From Escherichia phage JLBYU08, in the sequence record OK272482.1: a stretch of DNA of 64,000 nt; one strand, 5' to 3'. This document shows positions 56,698 through 64,000 of this stretch, piece by piece. The notes beneath the pieces were generated by a model. It saw only the letters and a program-made list of their open reading frames with translations. It searched no databases and was not told where the DNA came from. The translations under genes were made by a program, and so were the position numbers. Every line of letters starts with the position of its first letter. Position 1 is the first letter of the stretch.

Positions 56698-59121
56698 ATG
56701 GTAATAGATAATACGACGGACACCTTCATCGTACCACCCACGCTTCACCATTTGGTGGTGCATGAGTATCCCAACTAAGTCACACAACGATGCACCACCA
56801 TTTTGTTGGTATGCATTAAGTAAAGAGTGTTTAGATCGGGTCCAGATGGCATGACCATCAAAAGAGTATATAAACTTCTTACCAGTTGCTTCCCAGAATT
56901 TCTCCAGATCCTCTTTACGCCCCTTAAGACCAGGGTTGGCATCCCAAAGCGCATCGATTACCCTTTGCCCCAACTCTGGAGAGATATCCAGCATGTCTGC
57001 AACTTTATCTTTTTGTGCCCCGTACATAACCCCATACGTGATAGGTTTACCGTCGTTACGGGACACCTCTCTGCCTGCTACTTTTGTATATGCCTCAGCA
57101 TTGTTTTGGTGTGCGTCCCCGTTACTTACAACATCATAATACAAGCCGTTGTCGAACTCAAAGGCACCCCAAGCCCCGATAAGCTGCTCTAAGTTGGACC
57201 CGTCAATACCGATCTCAAAGTATCCTGGAGGAACACCCCACAGACTACGCATCTCTTTACCCATAACCACTTTAGGAGATGGTTTAGGCATGTTTGCACA
57301 AATACTGTGTTTCTGTCGGGAAGTGTTTGTTAGCCCAGAACTTTTAGCAGGAAGCTTATGGTCAATCTTCAAACGTGGGTGATTAAGAAGACCAGTATCA
57401 ACCTTATCCTCCTTGATTGGATCAAGGACCGATCTGCGGTTTCGCAATGATAACCACAAGACGATATCTTTAGCCATCTCTCCGTTCAATTTTTCAAGAT
57501 TTGGGCATAGGTGTCCAAACGTATCTTTCAGCTGCGGAGAAGTAATAAGTGCTCTGGCTTTTCTACGTATTTTCCCGAATACTTCCTTTTTAATCCTTTC
57601 GGAGTTAGGAAAGCTTCGGAACTTGTGCACGGTTGTCTGAAACTTAGCATCAGTTTTGTTCCAGAAGTTGATAATCAGGTCACAATACTCTGACTCTAAA
57701 AGCTCGTCCATGTATGCATATACTCGTGCATCAACATCTGCATCAGGTAGAGCTTTCTTCTTGCTGTCTTTAGTTACATCCTTAGTTCTCCACATTGTCG
57801 GAAGCCAACCAGCACTGATCAGGTATCGCTTAATGTCGTCCTGATTGCTGATTTTCATAGGTATCTTGCAGTCCGGCATTCGCTTCTGCTGTAGATCACT
57901 TATTGCCTGATCCATCAGCTCTTTAGGTAAAGGTTGTGGTGTGGAAGTGCCCTTAATATAGCCTCTCAAGAAATCAGCCATCTTATCAGGGTCTTTGCAG
58001 CCCATCTCTTCACACCATTTTATCCCCATCTTGCTGACATCTCCTGTGGAGGTAAATGCTCGCTTAGGCGGGGCTTTGAACTCCAAAGCACTCATGTCCA
58101 CAGGATAGCCAAGCTTATCTTTTAACCATTTCCAACCATTGTTGGAGATTGTCCCATCTTGGTTAAACGGCTTTTCAGGGAACTTGGGCCGCTGAGACAT
58201 TGACAGCTCTTTTAAAGGAAGTTGAGGTTCAACACGATCAGCGATTTCTTTCATCCACGCATCGCAACGGTCACGTAAAGCAATAGCTCCATCTATGTCG
58301 AAGTATACACCCTGACGGGCCTGCAGCTCCATCAGGAAGTGCTGCAGCATGCCTCGACGTAGTGCGTTCTTCCAGGTGATCTTCTTGAACCCTTTCGGCT
58401 TCTCTTTGGCTGGATCGTACATAAAGTTCTGCATGTCAGATTTGCCGTAGAATACACCTTTTGATTCCGCTACCAGCTCTTTCCAGAGCAGCTCCTGGAT
58501 GATAACGTCCTCGAATACACGATCCACATACTTCCACAACGGAAGATCGCGCCAGTCATCAATTTGAACTTTCTGGTTACCAAGGGCGTAGCCCCATGCC
58601 ATAAGGCCGTGAGGACCAACAGGCTGCATTTTCTTAGTAACCGGGTTGAATACAGAGTCCGGACAACCTTTTGGTAAAGGGCGATCAGGCCACAAGATTC
58701 GGCTCATCGCCAACGTATCAAACAGGTTAACCTGGTGGTCGTTGATAGTCCCCATACATTTAGGATCACGGAACATATCAAAATGAATACCGGATAATCT
58801 CTCCATCAGCATAAAGTCATAACTGTAGCAGTTATGGCAGTTCAAAGCTGTTGGTGACCAGTCGGAATTGCCTGTAAGCCAACCCTCCAACTCTGAAAAA
58901 TCTGCTATGCGAACTTCAAAATCTTTATAAAAAGTTTTCTTTGCCAGAATAAAGTTCTTAGCCTTCTCTATATCCTCTTCGGAGTAGTGTGTGCGGTCAT
59001 TTAGAGGAAGGAACAGCATAAAACGGTTCTTATTCAGCTCTTTAAACAGGCCGCAGTGATAATAAAGATCTGGGTCTTCCAGCAAACCGGATGACTCAAA
59101 ATCGAACGACCACATGCTCAT
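56698..59121 (-). CDS. DNA polymerase family A, exon 1 (3'-5' exo and polymerase domains to the His of motif C)
   Basis: Exo I DFESSG at N-terminus, motif B KPITYGVMYGAQ; uninterrupted frame would stop 2 codons after the inferred splice site. Confidence 0.8.
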
Positions 59122-59179
59122 ATACAGTTCTCCTTAAAGGGGAGGTGGTTGTACTACCCCTCCCACTCTTTGTTAAACA

Positions 59180-61258
59180 TTAAAAAGGTGTTTCATCATC
59201 CTCAAAACCAGGGACCGGATCAGAGGATGGATCATCGTATTGGAGGTCTTCCTGCGTGTCAATAGGCTTGACAGTGGGTGTTACAACCTTATCAGCCACA
59301 ACCTTGCCCATAGGTGTTTCTACAACTGCATGCTCCTGATCCTCAAACATAGCCTGAGGTCTCCAAACAACCTCCCCACCTTCTCCGTCTGTGAACATCT
59401 GCATTTCTTTGTCCCAGTACCAATTACTGGCATCATAGAACTTACCTGTATGCGGATCCATAACTAAAGTGTCAGCAATACCTAAAGTTTTTGCTGGACG
59501 GTTTTTAAGACCTACCAGACGGACACGTCCACGAGAACGATCCACCATTTCTTCGGCCTCGACACCTATGACTACCCAACTCAACTGTTCAAGCCCAGCC
59601 GATCCTCGCAAATTCTCTTTTCGCACAGGATACCAGAAAGGTAATGGGTTACCATCCTTGTCCTTAGGGGGCACAATCTCTGTACGTTTGAGGTGAGCGA
59701 TCACCAAGATAAACACGTTAAACTGCTTACAAAACGCAGCCAGTTGGGTCATAGCCATGTCCAGTTCTTTTCGCTCATCCTTAACATTAAGCCCTGAAAT
59801 TACCATGGACAGGTGATCCAGCACAATATAACGACAATGGTACAGGCAAACCATTTGCTTAAGCTTGGTAATCAACTCGTCCACTGGAATAGACCCGAAA
59901 TGTTTGAACACTTTGATTTTTCCAGCTTTTGCCCATGATTGGTGAATCTCTGCGTGTTCTTGATCAGTTAAAAACTGGCTAGGATCTTCAACAAACTCTT
60001 TAACATCAAACCCTAACTGGTTTGCATACAAGGAGTTAATTGCTTCCTCTGGGTCCTCCTCAAGATGAATCATGCATAGACGATCATCCTCTTCATAGTC
60101 ATCGGCCTTCGGGCATGTCGGGTCCATTAGGTATCTTGCAATACAGTGTTCCAGTTTTTTAGCCACGGTTGTTTTACCGCCGCCTGATGGACCTGTAAGC
60201 ATTACAAGTGTCCCTTTGTGCAAGCCTTTTAGCATTTTTTGCAGTTTTGGGAACTCTGCACTGATATCTACCCCGTTGGAAGTCTTTTTCCGCAAAGACT
60301 CGATAGAGAAGTCTTCTAAATCCGACACAGCATCAGGCACATATTTAACAGGGTGCCGGAACATGTTGACAATATCTTCCAGCTTTTTAGCCTTCAGCAT
60401 GTCTCGGATATCTTTTACACCGTCAGGGTCATTTACTTCACCAGGGTATTCTACGTGGTAAACGTTATCAGCCATCAAAAATGCTGCGATATTGTGCGTG
60501 GCCTCAACACCTTTAATGACGTGTTTTTGCTTCTCTACCTCGTTAGCTGCATCGTTATCCATTGCCAGCACAACTGTTCCATAGCTACGGATAAACTTCT
60601 CATTGTTTGCAAAAGTATCTACTGCGTTTGCACATCCACAGTTAATTCCAACAAAAGGCAGGCAGGGTTTTCCTGCCAGATCACCACCGTTGATAACTGC
60701 GTCGATCCCGTCCTGGACCTCTTTAGCCCACTGCTTCACCTTTGCCGGGGCTTTAGCGTTGGTGAGAATCCCTTTTACTTGTATCTGATATGCAGCCTGC
60801 CATGCTGCAATAACATCACCTTCTCCCTCACAAACGTTAATCTGCTTACGGTTGTTGGAAGATGCACACAGCTTTTGACCAAACATCTGGGAGTTGGCCT
60901 TTACGATACCAACAACGGAGAAATGGCCCCTTTGCTCTTTAGGAATAGTCCAGTCACGCTTTTTGAAACCAGACAGATTTCCGTAGCGGTCGTAATATGG
61001 GAAATATGTTGCAGTGACTGTCACACCGTCTTCTTGGGACAATGCTGATCGCACACCAAAATATTGTGCAGCCATCAGACCGATATTTTGTTGTGGGACA
61101 GGGACAATTTTAGTATTTTCTAAAACAGTCTCTACAGTTTCAACTTCTTTTTCATCACGATAGTCTCGTTTCACACTTCCCCCACTTTTATACTTAGTTT
61201 CTTTCGGGTTTGGCTCACCGAAACGGTTGTATGCAGATGCCATAAATTTACTTCCCAT
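59180..61258 (-). CDS. DNA primase-helicase (T7 gp4-like)
   Basis: TOPRIM CEGEGD and MDNDAANE, Walker A LTGPSGGGKTT, Walker B IVLDHLSM. Confidence 0.85.
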   Translation of the reverse strand: MGSKFMASAYNRFGEPNPKETKYKSGGSVKRDYRDEKEVETVETVLENTKIVPVPQQNIGLMAAQYFGVRSALSQEDGVTVTATYFPYYDRYGNLSGFKKRDWTIPKEQRGHFSVVGIVKANSQMFGQKLCASSNNRKQINVCEGEGDVIAAWQAAYQIQVKGILTNAKAPAKVKQWAKEVQDGIDAVINGGDLAGKPCLPFVGINCGCANAVDTFANNEKFIRSYGTVVLAMDNDAANEVEKQKHVIKGVEATHNIAAFLMADNVYHVEYPGEVNDPDGVKDIRDMLKAKKLEDIVNMFRHPVKYVPDAVSDLEDFSIESLRKKTSNGVDISAEFPKLQKMLKGLHKGTLVMLTGPSGGGKTTVAKKLEHCIARYLMDPTCPKADDYEEDDRLCMIHLEEDPEEAINSLYANQLGFDVKEFVEDPSQFLTDQEHAEIHQSWAKAGKIKVFKHFGSIPVDELITKLKQMVCLYHCRYIVLDHLSMVISGLNVKDERKELDMAMTQLAAFCKQFNVFILVIAHLKRTEIVPPKDKDGNPLPFWYPVRKENLRGSAGLEQLSWVVIGVEAEEMVDRSRGRVRLVGLKNRPAKTLGIADTLVMDPHTGKFYDASNWYWDKEMQMFTDGEGGEVVWRPQAMFEDQEHAVVETPMGKVVADKVVTPTVKPIDTQEDLQYDDPSSDPVPGFEDDETPF

Positions 61259-62042
61259 TAATTCTGCTCCTTACTGCAGGCTCGTTTGCTAAGAATACGG
61301 CTTTTGCCCAGCCACGTGGTGTGAGGCTTCGGATCATCTTCGTTCTTGCACTCTTTCCACCCAGCTTGGCGTGTTGCATGGAATACCCGCTAACCGCGTC
61401 AACTATTTGCTGGACAGGTTTTGTGGCCGGGATTATAAATCCATTACCTATCCAGCCGCAAGTTATTTTTGGATAGGCATCACGTGGAGCTATAAATTCA
61501 GGAAACCAGGGGTTTACATCATCCTCCGGTAAATACCCGCCATAGTCAGAAGGGTGAAAACGGTAATCAGGTTTGCGCCACAGTGTGGACATAACACCCA
61601 CAGGATTCTCTACATGCCACGGGCAATCGTAAATCTCTCCCAACTCTTCTGCAACCCGAGCATCCTTTACAGCATTAATCTGGATCAGCGGGTCCTTAGC
61701 CAGCTTCTTCTTAAAGTGTGCAGCACCTGACACCGCTAAGTGGGTGCACGGAGGAAATGCAAGAACAAAGTCCGGAGCTGGGTACATGCAGAAAGTTTCC
61801 TGAGGGAACCATGGATCAATCCAATAATCTACATAGTGAATATTTGGATGATCGGTGATCACCTCTGCATAACTGCCGTGGTCAGCACCTTCTGCGTTAA
61901 AGCACAGGCACAGATATCCAGCTTTTGCCCAGTCAATGACTGCACCGCCAGATCCGTCAAATAGACTCCACACAACACCTTTGTGGTAGTGTTCTTTATA
62001 GATAAATTTCAATTTGCTGTCTCCTAATGCAAAAAGCCCCAC
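61248..62042 (-). CDS. DNA cytosine-C5 methyltransferase-like protein
   Basis: Motif I LFDGSGG, PC motif FPPCTHLAVSG, ENP motif VENPVG; short for a C5 MTase so assignment is tentative. Confidence 0.45.
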   Translation of the reverse strand: MGLFALGDSKLKFIYKEHYHKGVVWSLFDGSGGAVIDWAKAGYLCLCFNAEGADHGSYAEVITDHPNIHYVDYWIDPWFPQETFCMYPAPDFVLAFPPCTHLAVSGAAHFKKKLAKDPLIQINAVKDARVAEELGEIYDCPWHVENPVGVMSTLWRKPDYRFHPSDYGGYLPEDDVNPWFPEFIAPRDAYPKITCGWIGNGFIIPATKPVQQIVDAVSGYSMQHAKLGGKSARTKMIRSLTPRGWAKAVFLANEPAVRSRINGK

Positions 62043-62063
62043 CCTTTCGGGCAGGGCCTAGTG

Positions 62064-62546
62064 TTAAACCCGGATACCTATTGTATACTCGGTGGATACC
62101 AATGTCAAATCTAAATTTAAAATTTCTTGCATCTCATAGTATGCATCCAGGGTGAGATACATTTCCCCATCCTTTTCTACATACTTGTCAAGGTGTTTGA
62201 GGCACTTTGGATAACTATTAAGGGCAGCCTTTAGGCACTCAAACTCTGTGCTGTTGATGAATCCTTCCATCTTGGCTACCCGTTCTGGGGTAACGATAGC
62301 ACTGTAGTGAGATTTAGCTTCCTGAATGCAATGGGTCCAAGCATCAACTTTCTCTTCGAAAAGTCCGAAGAACTTCTTTTTGGTGAGCTTCAGATTCTTT
62401 AAGTGCTTAAGCACTCGGTTGCCGATCACAGATACATCACGAAACTTAAAGATCACTTTGTCAATATCCTCGCGGCCTATTTTTACAAAGCAAGCCTCGC
62501 ACATTTCAGGAGAGGCATAACCTACTTTCCACATAAAATCTGACAT
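62064..62546 (-). CDS. hypothetical protein
   Basis: 160-aa ORF. Confidence 0.45.
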   Translation of the reverse strand: MSDFMWKVGYASPEMCEACFVKIGREDIDKVIFKFRDVSVIGNRVLKHLKNLKLTKKKFFGLFEEKVDAWTHCIQEAKSHYSAIVTPERVAKMEGFINSTEFECLKAALNSYPKCLKHLDKYVEKDGEMYLTLDAYYEMQEILNLDLTLVSTEYTIGIRV

Positions 62547-62558
62547 AACACTCTCTCC

Positions 62559-62954
62559 TTATTCCTGAAAAGCAACGATATCATATGCACTTACCAATGA
62601 TTCCGGTGAAGAATGACTCCAGTCCAGGTTATCAGAGTATCCAGCGTGCTGTGCACCGCTACGTAGTTTGTATTTTACCCACTTACCTGGTGCAGGGTTT
62701 TCACCACCTTCCCATGCTTCCCAGTCTTCTGACAGGCCGTCCTGAGAGCAGTCATCCACTTCACTGATAATCTTAGGGTTTGGCACCAAGATCCCTGCAG
62801 GCTCCTCCTTCCGGATAAGTGTCCACACAGCGTAGGTGTCTGAGCAGGCGCATGATAGCAAAGTATATCCACTATTTAGAACTTCTGCAAGCTCTTTTTC
62901 AGCATCTTCCAATTTGGTTAAGTGGTATTGGATAATCTTCACACCTGTAATCAT
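62559..62954 (-). CDS. hypothetical protein
   Basis: 131-aa ORF. Confidence 0.45.
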   Translation of the reverse strand: MITGVKIIQYHLTKLEDAEKELAEVLNSGYTLLSCACSDTYAVWTLIRKEEPAGILVPNPKIISEVDDCSQDGLSEDWEAWEGGENPAPGKWVKYKLRSGAQHAGYSDNLDWSHSSPESLVSAYDIVAFQE

Positions 62955-63298
62955 CAGAAACCTCCCACTTCTTCAGCAAATGCAGCTGCTGTCGTCGCTG
63001 CATCCAGATAGGACTCTAGTTCACGAGCTGCACGTTTGTAAATTGAGTGGCGAATATCGTTTGGCAGTTGGTGGAAGTCCACCTCTTCACCGTTGCGGTA
63101 AACATGCACATCAGTGATCTGTCTAAATCCGTAATAGTCAACATCAGAATCACGGCACTCCGGGTCTGGCAACTGGACAACTGCCTGAGCTTCTACAGTG
63201 AACATATCGTCAAGTTCGAAATCGATTTCAAAAGTGTATGGTTTATAACGTTTCATCATTTGATTGTACTCTTTATTGATCAGACTTATCTTTCGCAA
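62954..63298 (-). CDS. hypothetical protein
   Basis: 114-aa ORF. Confidence 0.45.
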   Translation of the reverse strand: MRKISLINKEYNQMMKRYKPYTFEIDFELDDMFTVEAQAVVQLPDPECRDSDVDYYGFRQITDVHVYRNGEEVDFHQLPNDIRHSIYKRAARELESYLDAATTAAAFAEEVGGF

Positions 63299-64000
63299 TT
63301 AAGGTCGGGGCAAGTTTGTAATAACGGAAGCCACCACCACCTTGCCAGTTTACAGACTTAGAAATACCACCTTGATCTTCACCGTCGATCACTTTTTCCA
63401 AGCGCGGAATAATATGGGTATGACAATGATCACCTAGCTCGATTGAGATCCAACATCTTTTCATCTTGTGAGCTACAGCGGCGGTAGTTCCCGAACCACC
63501 GAATGAATCCAATACCAAATCACCTTCTCGCGTACACATTTCGAAAATCCGCTTCAAAAGCGCTTCCGGTTTTTTCCCATTTTTGAAACTAACGCCGCCT
63601 TCATTTGCTATTCCATTCCAACTAATGTCTGTCCAAACATCAGTTATCAGTTCCGCAGGTTGCATCTCACCATCAATTTCCAAAAGCCTGTTGGAGTAAA
63701 AGACCATTTGCCTACCATTTGCGATATAAAATCCTTCAACATCCTCATTTGGATGTACATAAACCTTATCTCTATCTTTCTTTGACTTCTCTATAGTTTC
63801 TTTTCTCTTTATTTTAGCACCACCACCAATTGCAACAGATTGAAATACACGTTCTGCATTATCAATTGCGAATTGTGCTAATTCATCATCGAATGTATTA
63901 GGCAGTTTTTTCTTGGCTTCTTTTGCATCTTTATAGCCATTGGCCTTTGCAAACGCATCGGCAATACCGCACCACGTCCAATTTTTATAATGGTCGTCCG
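63273..64000 (-). CDS. beta-class DNA methyltransferase (N4-C/N6-A), 5' end beyond window
   Basis: KPEALLKRIF...LVLDSFGGSGTT (motif I at C-terminus); frame stays open to position 64000. Confidence 0.6.
   Translation of the reverse strand, partial: DDHYKNWTWCGIADAFAKANGYKDAKEAKKKLPNTFDDELAQFAIDNAERVFQSVAIGGGAKIKRKETIEKSKKDRDKVYVHPNEDVEGFYIANGRQMVFYSNRLLEIDGEMQPAELITDVWTDISWNGIANEGGVSFKNGKKPEALLKRIFEMCTREGDLVLDSFGGSGTTAAVAHKMKRCWISIELGDHCHTHIIPRLEKVIDGEDQGGISKSVNWQGGGGFRYYKLAPTLIAKDKSDQ

Noticed and set aside
1-64000. Integrase, repressor or other lysogeny module
   Set aside because: No tyrosine or serine recombinase motifs or CI-like repressor seen; content is typical of a virulent phage replication and early region

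Overview
This window is a gene-dense segment of a large virulent dsDNA phage genome (about 43% GC, no lysogeny genes seen), organised as two convergent arms. Plus-strand arm (1-34007): DNA ligase, lambda R-type endolysin, a recombination/repair set (FEN, RuvC-like resolvase, endonuclease VII, DnaQ-like exonuclease), a nucleotide-metabolism block (dNMP kinase-like, HAD nucleotidase, ThyX, NrdA/NrdB, glutaredoxin, NrdD/NrdG), PhoH, a ClpP-like protease, two adenine methyltransferases and a long run of small ORFs that includes a ribosome hibernation factor (HPF/RaiA) homolog and a duplicated family of small acidic proteins. Minus-strand arm (36562-64000): about 30 small, individually promoted genes, a macro-domain protein, an SSB-like protein ending in DDDIPF, a T7-like family A DNA polymerase split by a 329-nt group I intron, a T7 gp4-like primase-helicase and two more methyltransferases (one runs off the window end). 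The arms are separated by a 2.5-kb repeat-rich non-coding region with an iteron-like array; a second repeat-rich 1-kb gap lies at 47.1-48.1 kb. No tRNA, rRNA or CRISPR array was found by eye. All homology calls are from motif recognition, not database searches; coordinates of regulatory elements are approximate.
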